Positions 21,188 through 30,463 of a stretch of DNA of 64,000 nt are shown one piece after another (within the stretch, counting starts at the first letter, position 1; every line of letters begins with the position of its first letter). The notes beneath the pieces are model-generated. The model ran no database searches. It saw only the letters and a program-made list of their open reading frames with translations, and had not been told where the DNA came from. Both the position numbers and the translations under genes were made by a program. Origin of the DNA: Gammaproteobacteria bacterium (GTDB lineage Bacteria > Pseudomonadota > Gammaproteobacteria > GCA-001735895); contig JBNLGQ010000040.1 of assembly GCA_050306135.1 (NCBI GenBank), positions 14,385 to 78,384 of the forward strand, in the 5' to 3' direction.

Positions 21188-21427
21188 AACCTAGATTCCG
21201 CAGTTGACCGCTCGCATTCAAAGATAACCTGCTGTTTAGTTAACCATTACAGTCGATTTATCTTTTCATCCAGCAGTTGAATCCCGCTACGTGCTGAATT
21301 GAACGTTTGGGGCGGCGTATATCTGCGTTGTAACTCCTTGGAATAGTTTACTATTCCGCGTCGTTACGCCTTGATCTACACCACCGCAAACGCACACTTC
21401 AACACGTCCAACTGCGGATTCCAGGTT
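21188..21427. mobile_element. 240-bp MITE-like element with 19-bp TIRs and a long internal hairpin
   Basis: AACCTAGATTCCGCAGTTG (21188-21206) vs reverse complement of 21409-21427, 17/19; hairpin ~21289-21407 capped by GGAATAG-TTTA-CTATTCC. Confidence 0.6.
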
Positions 21428-21499
21428 GAAATTACACAATGCAGAAGCAAAACTGTGTACAATTCGCGGCATTATATTTGATGCATAGATTTAAACCTA

Positions 21500-22405
21500 G
21501 TGGAAAGCAAAGAAATCACCGACACCTTGACATCGATCACAGACTATATTCGATGGGCAAGCAGCGAATTTAATCGAAATGAACTCAGCTTCGGTCATGG
21601 CTTTGAGAGTGCACTGGATGAGGCGGTTTATCTGGTATTACATGCTCTCAATTTACCATTCGACTGGCCGCAGCAGTATTTCAGCAGTCAATTGACTCAA
21701 AAAGAACGTGAGCGTGTGCTAGGCATCATTATGCAACGTATTAAAACGCGCCAACCTGCCGCTTATGTTACTAGGGAAGCCTGGTTCTGCGGTCTGCCTT
21801 TTTATGTGGATGAAAGGGTGCTGGTACCAAGATCTCCAATTGGTGAGCTGATTAATCATCATTTTGAACCCTGGATCGATGCGCATCAGGTGAATAGTAT
21901 TCTGGATCTTTGTACGGGAAGTGGCTGTATTGCTATCGCCTGTCAGTATGCTTTTCCTGATGCTCATGTAGCGGCTTCTGACCTTTCCAAAGATGCTCTC
22001 GAAGTCGCACGTCAGAACCTTATTAATCATCAGTTGACCGATCAACTGGACCTGTATGAGTCTGATTTATTTGAACAGATTCCTGCACAACGTTTTGATC
22101 TTATCGTATCCAACCCTCCCTATGTTGATGCGGAAGATATGGCTGCGCTGACTGAAGAATTTAAAGCTGAGCCCAATATGGGCCTGCAGGCTGGTGCCGA
22201 CGGGCTTGAAATTGTTGATCGTATGTTGCAACAGGCGGGTGATTATCTGAGTGATCATGGTTTACTGGTGGTCGAAGTGGGTAATTCACAGGCGGCAATG
22301 ATGGATAAATATCCCGAGCTGCCTTTGACCTGGGTCGAGTTCGAGCATGGTGGGAGTGGGGTTTTCTGTATTACGGCTGAAGATCTGAAAACGTTTGCCA
22401 AATAG
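21500..22405 (+). CDS. prmB: 50S ribosomal protein L3 glutamine methyltransferase
   Basis: FYVDERVLVPRSPIGELI, LDLCTGSGCIA, SNPPYVD, EVGNS. Confidence 0.95.
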   Translation: MESKEITDTLTSITDYIRWASSEFNRNELSFGHGFESALDEAVYLVLHALNLPFDWPQQYFSSQLTQKERERVLGIIMQRIKTRQPAAYVTREAWFCGLPFYVDERVLVPRSPIGELINHHFEPWIDAHQVNSILDLCTGSGCIAIACQYAFPDAHVAASDLSKDALEVARQNLINHQLTDQLDLYESDLFEQIPAQRFDLIVSNPPYVDAEDMAALTEEFKAEPNMGLQAGADGLEIVDRMLQQAGDYLSDHGLLVVEVGNSQAAMMDKYPELPLTWVEFEHGGSGVFCITAEDLKTFAK

Positions 22406-22534
22406 TTGCGATTCAAACATTAGCTTTACTGAATTAAAAAGCAGCTAGCTTCAGAATCGGAAAATTTTCTTGTATTAAACAGATTCACCCATATTTTCAA
22501 GGGTAAATCTAAATATCACAAAGGTAAGTTGAAT

Positions 22535-23338
22535 ATGTCCTGGTGGGGTAAAGCGTTAGGCGGTGCATTTGGTTTTATGATGGGTGGGCCTCTGGGCGCA
22601 CTACTTGGAATCGCTTTTGGCCACAATTTTGATAAGGGCCTGGGCTCCATTATGTCCGACGGAGGCGTAGATCCGGGACAACAGGAGCGTGTGCAGGCAG
22701 CCTTTTTCACGGCTACCTTTTCCGTCATGGGACATATCGCCAAAGCCGATGGCAAGGTCACTGCCGATGAAATCAAGATGGCTCAGGCAGTGATGACCCA
22801 GATGGGACTCTCTGCAGAGGTTCGTGAGTCAGCCAAGAAATTATTTAACGAAGGTAAATCTGCAGACTTCCCACTGGATGCAGTGCTCGAACAGTTCAAA
22901 AAGGAAGTGCATCGCCGTAGCACCCTGATTCAAATGTTCCTGGAAATCCAGCTACAGGCAGCCTATGCCGATGGCGTTATGCATGCAGATGAAGAGAAGG
23001 TACTCATCCATATCTGCCAGAAACTGGGTGTTCCGCTGCATCAATTACACCGTCTGGAAGAAATGCTAAAAGCTGGTTTCGGCCAGAGATCAAGCCGCGC
23101 CGGTAGTTACTCAAGCTCAGCGATGACGGTTAAGGATGCCTATGCCATTATGGGTGTAGAAAAAAATATATCCGATGCCGATCTGAAAAAAGCCTATCGT
23201 CGGCTCATGTCACAGCATCACCCGGATAAACTGGTTGCCAAAGGCCTGCCGGAAGAAATGATTAAGGATGCCACCGAGAAAACCCAGCAGATCAAGGAAG
23301 CTTACGAGAAGATCAAGGAATCCCGAGGTCTCAAATAA
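22535..23338 (+). CDS. djlA: Co-chaperone DjlA
   Basis: N-terminal Gly-rich TM, TerB-like domain (GHIAKADGKV), J domain HHPDKL. Confidence 0.95.
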   Translation: MSWWGKALGGAFGFMMGGPLGALLGIAFGHNFDKGLGSIMSDGGVDPGQQERVQAAFFTATFSVMGHIAKADGKVTADEIKMAQAVMTQMGLSAEVRESAKKLFNEGKSADFPLDAVLEQFKKEVHRRSTLIQMFLEIQLQAAYADGVMHADEEKVLIHICQKLGVPLHQLHRLEEMLKAGFGQRSSRAGSYSSSAMTVKDAYAIMGVEKNISDADLKKAYRRLMSQHHPDKLVAKGLPEEMIKDATEKTQQIKEAYEKIKESRGLK

Positions 23339-23381
23339 TCCCTGATTCTAATCGTTCAGTTAAACCGGAAGAGCAAAAGTC

Positions 23382-23666
23382 ATGATTGATCAAATTTTAT
23401 ACGAGCATAATCCAGCACCGGGTAAACTCGATGTACTCGGTGTTGAAGAATGGCCTCTATGGGAAAAGGAACCCTCTGAGTTTCCCTGGACTTACGATAA
23501 TCAGGAAGTCTGTTACATACTCGAAGGTAGAGTGATAGTGACTCCAGATGGTGGAGAACCGGTAGAACTGGGCCGAGGAGACCTGGTGACCTTCCCCAAG
23601 GGCATGAGCTGTACCTGGAAGGTACTGGAATTTATCTCCAAGCATTATCGTTTTGAGTATGAATGA
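23382..23666 (+). CDS. Cupin domain protein (DUF861 type)
   Basis: WEKEPSEFPWTY, EVCYILEG, GDLVTFPKG, CTWKV. Confidence 0.9.
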   Translation: MIDQILYEHNPAPGKLDVLGVEEWPLWEKEPSEFPWTYDNQEVCYILEGRVIVTPDGGEPVELGRGDLVTFPKGMSCTWKVLEFISKHYRFEYE

Positions 23667-23965
23667 AAAAAGTCTTCACCCATGAAAACCGACTGATCGT
23701 TTTTAATCTGAAAAACCTGCTATAGGAACAGGGTATTGAATGTATGGTTAAAAATGAGTATGCCGGTGGTGGTGTGGGTGATCTGTCTCCGTTTGAAACC
23801 TGGCCAGAGTTATGGGTTATCAATGAGTCTGAGTTTGCTGCTGCAAAGCTTCTGGTTGATCAGTTACAGCAGGATCAAGAGGGCGATATTTTTTGTCCAC
23901 ATTGTGGGGAAGAAAATGGCAGTAGTTTTCGTATCTGCTGGAAGTGTGGCGGGAGTCTTTTTTGA
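23663..23965 (+). pseudogene. DUF2007-type protein with C-terminal zinc ribbon, interrupted by an in-frame TAG at codon 21
   Basis: ATGA overlap with the cupin stop; reads MKKVFTHENRLIVFNLKNLL*EQGIECMVKNE...WPELWV...CPHCGEENGSSFRICWKCG; TAG at 23723-23725. Confidence 0.75.
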
Positions 23966-24086
23966 TTTTTTTTACTGTCATTACGAGGCGTGAAGCAACG
24001 AAGTAATCTCTTCGACGCAGTAGTAACATCCCGGATAGAGTCGCCAGCGGTTTCCCGAAAATAAGGGCGTAGAAAAATTCAAACCC

Positions 24087-24983
24087 TTAAATTCCAGAAC
24101 TTAACCGCTTTCTGTATCTAGATAAAAATAAAAGGATCATAAAAAAGCCAGGAATAGGTAAAGAGAATGATCCACTTTTCCCGCTTGTTGATGTATCACT
24201 GGGCGCTTCTTTTTTAACCAGGCTCCCTTCAGTGTTTAGAATGTAGATAGTCCCATCACCAGAGATACATTCAGGTGATTCTACAATACAGTTGCTCCCA
24301 TCGCTGGTGGGTAATTCCAATCCATTCAGTGGATCAAGGCTATCCAGGGGTTGTATGTTAAGGGTGCCGGTAAGCAATAAAACAGCAGTAGAATTCAAAG
24401 TCACAGAAGTTGGCTGTATGTTCTCCACACCTCCCACTGAGATCGTTGCTGATTCTGGGACAGAAATTGTGCCAGAACCGAGCATGGTTGTAGAGTTCTC
24501 AAGGTTTACTTGTGAACCTGCAGTGATCGTTGAATATAATTCTAAAGATGGAGATGTAAAGCTCAAAGTACCAGAGACATCTATATCACCAGCTATTTGG
24601 ATAGACTGGTTTCCACCTGTTGCTCCAATTGAGATATCGCCTGTAGTTTCCAGGCTATAGCTCCCTGCATCCATATTACCTCTCGTACCTAAAACCAGTG
24701 ATCCACCAGGCCCAAATGTAATACTTTCACCAGCAGATAAGGTCAAGGTGCCACCAGATGAATAATCCAGGTTCGAGGGTTGAATGGCCGTGTTTACAGT
24801 GCCACCTGTGCCGAGGATTAACTCACCACTCGTTCCAAAAGTCAGAGTTAATTCATCAATGGCTTCAAAGCTGCCGCCCTCTGGAAAAGTGACTGAGAAC
24901 TCACAGGTTGCTTCACACAGGTTCTGGGCATGAACTGAATTGAAAAGCGAGAACAAAATAAAAAGTAAAGGCAGGTACTTCAC
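24087..24983 (-). CDS. Exported Gly/Ser/Thr-rich protein with GlyGly-CTERM-like C-terminal anchor
   Basis: Signal peptide ending VHA; C-terminus SGKSGSFSLPIPGFFMILLFLSRYRKR (Ser/Gly linker, TM, basic tail). Confidence 0.65.
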   Translation of the reverse strand: MKYLPLLFILFSLFNSVHAQNLCEATCEFSVTFPEGGSFEAIDELTLTFGTSGELILGTGGTVNTAIQPSNLDYSSGGTLTLSAGESITFGPGGSLVLGTRGNMDAGSYSLETTGDISIGATGGNQSIQIAGDIDVSGTLSFTSPSLELYSTITAGSQVNLENSTTMLGSGTISVPESATISVGGVENIQPTSVTLNSTAVLLLTGTLNIQPLDSLDPLNGLELPTSDGSNCIVESPECISGDGTIYILNTEGSLVKKEAPSDTSTSGKSGSFSLPIPGFFMILLFLSRYRKRLSSGI

Positions 24984-25220
24984 GGCATCATCCGTTGATA
25001 TATTTACATAGGGTTAATATAACATTAATCTTAATTTTTGCAGCTGTTCGTCGATAACTTACATTATTAATCCAGAAAATAGAGTTGTCAGTAGCATTAA
25101 AAATTAACATAACTCAGAGCACTGTTTTATCAGTCAGTTTTCAACGATTTCTATCGTTTTTTCTATGTCCTGACTATTCGGTGATCGTAATTTACCTAAC
25201 AGGCCGTTTGTATTACTGTG

Positions 25221-25574
25221 TCAGAACCTTTTCGCCGTGGAATAATTGCTGACCTTCTTCAAGTAATAAAAGAACAGCAAACAGGACTCGCTTTCCATCG
25301 CTTTTTGTTGTGCTGTACGAGCTGCTTTTAGATCACGCCAGTGAACGACGTCAATCCAGTTTTGATTTCCTGTGTTTATGAGTTCTCTTGATATGAATCC
25401 ATCCCAGCTTTGAAGTGTGCTTAACATGCCTTTTGCTGAATTCAGGAATGATTGTTCACTAACACCGTCTTTAACTTTGAACATCACTACCTCAACAGTT
25501 TCGGCCTGAATAGAATATGCTGAAATTAGTAAGACGACACCAATAAGAAAGTTTTTTATATACGATTTATTCAT
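25221..25574 (-). CDS. Exported ABM-like (dimeric alpha/beta barrel) protein, possibly frameshifted near the C-terminus
   Basis: Signal peptide; VEVVMFKVKDGVSE...GFISREL...WIDVVHW pattern. Confidence 0.6.
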   Translation of the reverse strand: MNKSYIKNFLIGVVLLISAYSIQAETVEVVMFKVKDGVSEQSFLNSAKGMLSTLQSWDGFISRELINTGNQNWIDVVHWRDLKAARTAQQKAMESESCLLFFYYLKKVSNYSTAKRF

Positions 25575-25618
25575 TGTGAACCCCTATAGTTTTTTAGTTG
25601 AGGCTCGATTTTAAAGTT

Positions 25619-25648
25619 ACCCTACTGATAGCAGTGTGTCAGTAGGGT
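25619..25648. promoter_or_regulatory. Palindromic operator-like site resembling YafY/WYL-regulator boxes
   Basis: ACCCTACTGA-N10-TCAGTAGGGT with perfect 10-bp arms, 45 bp upstream of the ABM-like gene. Confidence 0.45.
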
Positions 25649-25698
25649 GTATATATTTTTAGGAAACGACGCGTTTTGAAAATAAGTTCCTAATATTT

Positions 25699-26505
25699 TC
25701 AATCCAGAACTTCAAACGTCAAACTTGCCCAATGACTCTGCCATTCCTGCTCCTCATCCTGCAGGGCAATAATCTTAACCGCCTTAACTAACCAGGGACC
25801 AACCCTGTCCAACTTTATCCGAACCAGTCCCTCAGAATCAGTAAAAACCTTCTGTACATTTTCAGGATGTGACTTACTAAACGCCGAAACCTGCATACCT
25901 ACAATAGACTGCTGTTTATAATGTAGGCGAATAATCATCTCATCTCCCAGAGACATTTGATAAGGGTTGGTTTGAGGGATTAATTCAAGTTCGTAGCCAA
26001 ATTCACGGGTAGAATTATCAATATCATATTCCTTACCCGATTGAATCAGGGTTTTCGCATGACGTATAAAACGCTCATAAGCCCCGTTTTCTGTTTGATT
26101 ATTTTTCTCGCGTAGAGCAATAGCATTATCCAGGCCTTCTTCATGTAGATATTTATTAAAAATATCTGGTTTGATTTTTATATTATTAAAGACTGTTTGA
26201 TAACCGATGGCATAGGTACCTTTTTTATCAGGCGCAAAGTAACCTGCTGGGTCACGGCCCAGTTCACCGGGGACTTCCTCTGTTTTATCCTCATAGTAAA
26301 TACTAAAATCGTTGTACCAGTTGACGACATTAGGCAGAGTGTCCCCCACATATTGATTGCCCTGGTGTAATGACAGTTCGACAGTTTTATCCGGCTCGGT
26401 ATAAAATGGATGTGCTTCAAGCCAGAAGTCATGAGCCAGAACCTTTCCACTAATCAGGCTGAAAATCAGCAGGATCATTCGATAATTTTTATGCGTATTT
26501 TGCAT
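25699..26505 (-). CDS. DUF4198 family exported protein (putative nickel/metal uptake)
   Basis: Signal peptide then AHDFWLE; LELIPQTNPY; C-terminal WQSHWASLTF; start at 26505 or 26478. Confidence 0.85.
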   Translation of the reverse strand: MQNTHKNYRMILLIFSLISGKVLAHDFWLEAHPFYTEPDKTVELSLHQGNQYVGDTLPNVVNWYNDFSIYYEDKTEEVPGELGRDPAGYFAPDKKGTYAIGYQTVFNNIKIKPDIFNKYLHEEGLDNAIALREKNNQTENGAYERFIRHAKTLIQSGKEYDIDNSTREFGYELELIPQTNPYQMSLGDEMIIRLHYKQQSIVGMQVSAFSKSHPENVQKVFTDSEGLVRIKLDRVGPWLVKAVKIIALQDEEQEWQSHWASLTFEVLD

Positions 26506-27609
26506 GTTATTCTTTTCACTTTAGTGTTAACCCAGCTGTCGACTGCCTATGCTCATAAGCTCAGACCCACCATTGTCACAGTAAATTTCTCAGATCAGCT
26601 GATTCAACTAAGAGTGGAAGCTAATGCTGAAGCCTTGCTTGCAGGCATAGGTGCTGGACATGACAATACCGATGATGCACCCGAGGCGCAACAATATAAG
26701 TCTCTTCGTGCGCTGACTCCAGAACAGTTAGCCAAACGTTTTTCGACTTTTGCAGATGTTTATAAAAGTGGATTAAAACTGACCATTTCAAACAAGTCTG
26801 TCAACTGGATATACGACAGGATTCATGTGCCTGATGTTGCAGATACCCGCCTGGCTCGCAAATCCGTGATTTATTTTCATTCTGCATTCCCTGCCAATAC
26901 CGGAGATATCGTATGGAGCAGTAATCCTGCCTATGGTGATATGGTTGTTAATTTTGTCAATCAGGCGGGTGAAAAAGCCAGTCACTGGTTGGTTGATGGT
27001 CAGGCGAGTCCTCCCTTCAAAATTCAGCAGGCAATACAGCAACGTGCATGGACATCGGTATTTGCAGATTATGCTGAACTGGGTTTTTTGCATATTTTAC
27101 CCATGGGGATGGATCACATACTTTTTGTATTGGGGCTGTTTTTACTCAGTCGTAAAACTGCACCTTTATTGTGGCAGGTAACTGCATTTACTGTTGCGCA
27201 TAGTATCACTCTGGCACTGAGCGTGTATGGGGTGATCAGTTTGCCGGCTTCAATTATTGAGCCATTGATTGCGCTGTCTATTGCTTATGTGGGCCTGGAA
27301 AACCTGTTAACCAGAGAGCTAAAACCCTGGCGAGTTGTGGTTGTTTTCCTGTTTGGGCTACTACACGGTATGGGCTTCGCTGAAGTGTTATTCGAACTGG
27401 GGTTGCCCGAGAGTGAGTTTATTACTGCCTTGGTTGCGTTTAATATTGGAGTGGAAGGTGGGCAGTTGGCAGTCATTCTAATTGCGTTAGCTGCTGTGTT
27501 CTGGCTGCGTCATCAGGATCAGTTATATCGTCGACTGGTAGTGATTCCGGGTTCTTTGATTATCACCATGATGGGCCTGTTCTGGGTCTGGCAGCGCGTT
27601 AGCTTTTAA
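26491..27609 (+). CDS. HupE/UreJ family membrane protein with N-terminal periplasmic domain
   Basis: AYAH signal end, GFLHILPMGMDHILF, TAFTVAHSITL, FGLLHGMGFA, FNIGVEGGQ. Confidence 0.9.
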   Translation: MRILHVILFTLVLTQLSTAYAHKLRPTIVTVNFSDQLIQLRVEANAEALLAGIGAGHDNTDDAPEAQQYKSLRALTPEQLAKRFSTFADVYKSGLKLTISNKSVNWIYDRIHVPDVADTRLARKSVIYFHSAFPANTGDIVWSSNPAYGDMVVNFVNQAGEKASHWLVDGQASPPFKIQQAIQQRAWTSVFADYAELGFLHILPMGMDHILFVLGLFLLSRKTAPLLWQVTAFTVAHSITLALSVYGVISLPASIIEPLIALSIAYVGLENLLTRELKPWRVVVVFLFGLLHGMGFAEVLFELGLPESEFITALVAFNIGVEGGQLAVILIALAAVFWLRHQDQLYRRLVVIPGSLIITMMGLFWVWQRVSF

Positions 27610-27773
27610 TAAGTTGTATATGGTTGTCTCGACCAATAGTTCACAACTTGTTGATAAAGCTGCAGCTCGCGTTGAGCTTTGAATAACAGCAAGTTGTTGC
27701 CGTAGCGGATAATTTCCTCGTTGTCATGCTCGGTTACATCTCCTGCGGTACTTTCGACAATTGGATCCTGCAT
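27606..27773 (-). CDS. Possible small hypothetical protein or gene fragment (MQDPIVES...)
   Basis: GAAGG RBS-like sequence before the ATG; no recognisable family. Confidence 0.2.
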   Translation of the reverse strand: MQDPIVESTAGDVTEHDNEEIIRYGNNLLLFKAQRELQLYQQVVNYWSRQPYTTY

Positions 27774-28219
27774 TGTTCTACCTTCGCTCATCCTTGAGCC
27801 CGTACCACTTACGACCATGCAATCATTCGAGCTTACTCCCGATTTGACTGTTTTTTTGCCGCAGGCCCAAATGGGGATATAAAAACCAGATATTTCTAGC
27901 AAAGCTTGAAATATCTGGAAAAGCAAAAGTTATTTTGGATAGAACCGAATCTGAGCAAACTATCCAGGTAAATTATGGTAAGCGGTAAAACAGGTTACCC
28001 GGCGGTCTGTTACCTATTGGAACGAGCCAGGCACAGAGTTAGCAAAAAGCACTGCATCAGATGCAAAAATTCAGGAGGAAGGAAGCCATCGAGATTGAAC
28101 AGAAGTGTGTTTGGGTGAATTCTACTCCAGCTCTAGAACTTGATAGGTATGGATATTGAGTCTATGCTCATAATATTTGGTTCGCCAAGCAATCCGGTGT
28201 TCTGTTTAGCGAGTTAGCC

Positions 28220-28246
28220 TCAACTCGAGGATAAAGCTGCCGATAT
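28220..28246 (+). promoter_or_regulatory. Sigma-28 (FliA)-type promoter upstream of the chemoreceptor gene
   Basis: TCAA-N15-GCCGATAT; a weaker copy TCAA-N16-GCCGCTAT at 28266-28293. Confidence 0.6.
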
Positions 28247-28306
28247 CGGATGTGATGGCTCACTTTCAAGCCAAAATCGCACTGTGCCGCTATCTGGATC
28301 ACAGCG

Positions 28307-29662
28307 ATGGCGCTCTCCAGACGGACTGACAGTGCCCAACATCGAGGGATTAAAATGTTTGTTGACCACGGTAGTATGCCTGCGATTGTGCAGAACACGA
28401 TCAAGCACATCGAACTGTTTTCTCGTCGGGTCTGGCTGAGCTTCGCCGTAATCGCTGTAGTTTCGCTCGCAGCAGCCCCGTTTATCGGCTGGGCCAGCCT
28501 GCTAACACCGGTTGTTGCCCTGCCTTTCATGTTTTTCGTCGCGAAGTTCCTGAGTGCGAGCAGGAAATGGGTGGAAGAGATCCGCCAGGTAGCAGCGGAA
28601 CGCGAGCAGTTTTTCATGGGCATCGTCGATTCCTGTGAACAACCGTGTTCGGTGACGGCGATCGGCGACCAGAAAGACAAAGAATGGCGTTGGCTGTATG
28701 TCAACGGTCCGGTTCGAAGCGCCTTCAACCAGCCATTGTCCGAGTTTCTCGACAAGAGTTGCCACAATTGGGGTGCCAACATCTGCAAGACTGCGAACTG
28801 TGGCCGCGAATGCCTGTCGGCAGGCAAGCCGGAAACGAAGTTCGAACAGGATTTCGGAGCTGGGCTGAACCATTTCCGCGTATACACGAAAACGATCAAT
28901 GACCTCGAAGGGAATCCGGCCTACGTCGTCGAATGGGTCGACCCGAACGAAGAGGTCAAATACCAACTCTTCAACGCAGTAGACAACGTCACCGGTCTTT
29001 CGAGCCAAAGCTCCGAAGCCACGACGACGGTCGCAACCAATATTCACTCGGTAGCAGTCGCATCGGAAGAAATCTCGGCATCGATCGGCGAGATCAGTCG
29101 CTCTGCCGAAGAGGCTGCGAGGGTGGCAGGTGAAGTCGAGGCACTTACCCAGAAGCTGGGGGAGGAGGCAGAATATGCTGGGCAATCGGTGCTAAAACTG
29201 CAAGCCATCGGCAGCCAGATCGGAGAGATCAGCAAGGTCATCGGCGGCATTGCCGAGCAAACGAACCTGTTGGCACTCAACGCGAGCATCGAGGCGGCAC
29301 GTGCCGGTGAATTCGGACGAGGGTTTACGGTTGTTGCAGGGGAAGTCAAGAATCTTGCCCAGAGCACTCAGGGTGCCACGCTCGAGATATCGACCAATAT
29401 CACCGAGATCAACAAACAGATCAGCAGCAACGTGGATCTGATCACGGCCTTTGCCGGTCGCGTCGTGACTGCGGGGGAACAGGTACACAACGTCCAGGTC
29501 GCCATGCAGTCCGTCGCAACCGCTGTCACGCAGCAGACCGCCGCCATGCAGGAAATAGCGCGCAACGCGACGGAAGTATCTTCAGCGTCCAGCGAGGTGA
29601 CGGACCTGAATGGCCGGATGCAGGCCGCGATAAGCGATGCGCGTAACCGGGTGTCGGGATAG
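28307..29662 (+). CDS. Methyl-accepting chemotaxis protein with Cys-rich PAS domain
   Basis: Two close TM helices, PAS with [18 protein letters not shown], signalling hairpin [37 protein letters not shown]; exact start uncertain. Confidence 0.92.
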   Translation: MALSRRTDSAQHRGIKMFVDHGSMPAIVQNTIKHIELFSRRVWLSFAVIAVVSLAAAPFIGWASLLTPVVALPFMFFVAKFLSASRKWVEEIRQVAAEREQFFMGIVDSCEQPCSVTAIGDQKDKEWRWLYVNGPVRSAFNQPLSEFLDKSCHNWGANICKTANCGRECLSAGKPETKFEQDFGAGLNHFRVYTKTINDLEGNPAYVVEWVDPNEEVKYQLFNAVDNVTGLSSQSSEATTTVATNIHSVAVASEEISASIGEISRSAEEAARVAGEVEALTQKLGEEAEYAGQSVLKLQAIGSQIGEISKVIGGIAEQTNLLALNASIEAARAGEFGRGFTVVAGEVKNLAQSTQGATLEISTNITEINKQISSNVDLITAFAGRVVTAGEQVHNVQVAMQSVATAVTQQTAAMQEIARNATEVSSASSEVTDLNGRMQAAISDARNRVSG

Positions 29663-29836
29663 CACCTGGCTTCCGCCTTTCCTAAAAGAATAATGGGTGA
29701 CTCCTGTTATTGTGCTTCGAATATGAATGCATATAGCAACTGACTAAGCTTGGATTTTTCTCACGCTGAATACACTTTAGTTCTGTAGTTTAGTCGTGCC
29801 TGCGAGCGAGTAACTTTTCAGTCATAAAAAGTCACC

Positions 29837-29974
29837 ACAAAATTGACAGGATCAATTTTGAAAAGCTCTACTGACCCGAACTCACAAAGCTATCCCTACA
29901 GTCCCTTTATTATTCCTGCCCTACACCCTTTGGCCCGCACGAAGTGCGTTCAAAACTGTTCCTGACATTTTTGT
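29837..29974. repeat. Inverted pair of REP-like hairpins
   Basis: ACAAAATTGACAGGATCAATTTTGAA vs reverse complement of 29949-29974, 22/26; each arm is itself a hairpin. Confidence 0.6.
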
Positions 29975-30065
29975 CGTCAAAAGTACAGCCAAATCGCGGT
30001 CGGGCCAGACGAGTCTAGTTTTAGATGATATTTTAATATAATAATAACTTAGTTAGGTTCGACCC

Positions 30066-30211
30066 GAATGGCACTTACTTAAGCAGAAAGCTGTCTTCGC
30101 GAGCGTCATCGTTTCGATCTCTAAACAGTGCTGAGACCATCTGCCGAAAAAGATTGTCATGTCGCAAGCTCCTCGCAATGACGTCGTGTTAGCCTTAAGT
30201 AAGCGCCATTC
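30066..30211. mobile_element. 146-bp MITE (IS4-like architecture) with an 11-bp target duplication
   Basis: TIRs GAATGGCACTTACTTAAG / CTTAAGTAAGCGCCATTC (17/18); flanks AGGTTCGACCC (30055-30065) and AGGTCCGACCT (30212-30222). Confidence 0.7.
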
Positions 30212-30349
30212 AGGTCCGACCTTGTTTAGACGACGAAAAAGTTCTTGATGAGCATCCAGGGCAAAATCTTACGGATTCCAAAGGCTATTACCCGGTTCCT
30301 GTTGAGTCCATTTTAAAGTCTGGTTTAATACTTCCCTGATTGCTTTAAC

Positions 30350-30399
30350 TGTCAGTTTTTTTTACTCAACAATTTCTAAGACTGTCAGTATTTATTACA
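30350..30399 (+). promoter_or_regulatory. Tandem TGT-N11-ACA enhancer sites (PrsR-type)
   Basis: TGTCAGTATTTATTACA (30383-30399) and TGTCAGTTTTTTTTACT (30350-30366), 33 bp apart, upstream of a sigma-54 promoter. Confidence 0.6.
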
Positions 30400-30463
30400 G
30401 TCCATTCCAATTGATTTTATTTCTATAAAGATCCTCTCTGTTTTTATTAAATAAATAAAAAAT

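Noticed and set aside
21287-21472. 61-aa ORF, and the extended SCO N-terminus to 21221
   Set aside because: Both lie within the TIR-bounded hairpin element.
27930-28200. Possible c-di-GMP riboswitch upstream of the chemoreceptor
   Set aside because: No GEMM consensus (GGCAAA...GAAA...GACGCAAAG) could be matched.
28168-29565. Long antisense ORFs over the chemoreceptor (243 aa, 227 aa and others)
   Set aside because: Shadow ORFs expected opposite a GC-rich gene; no motifs.
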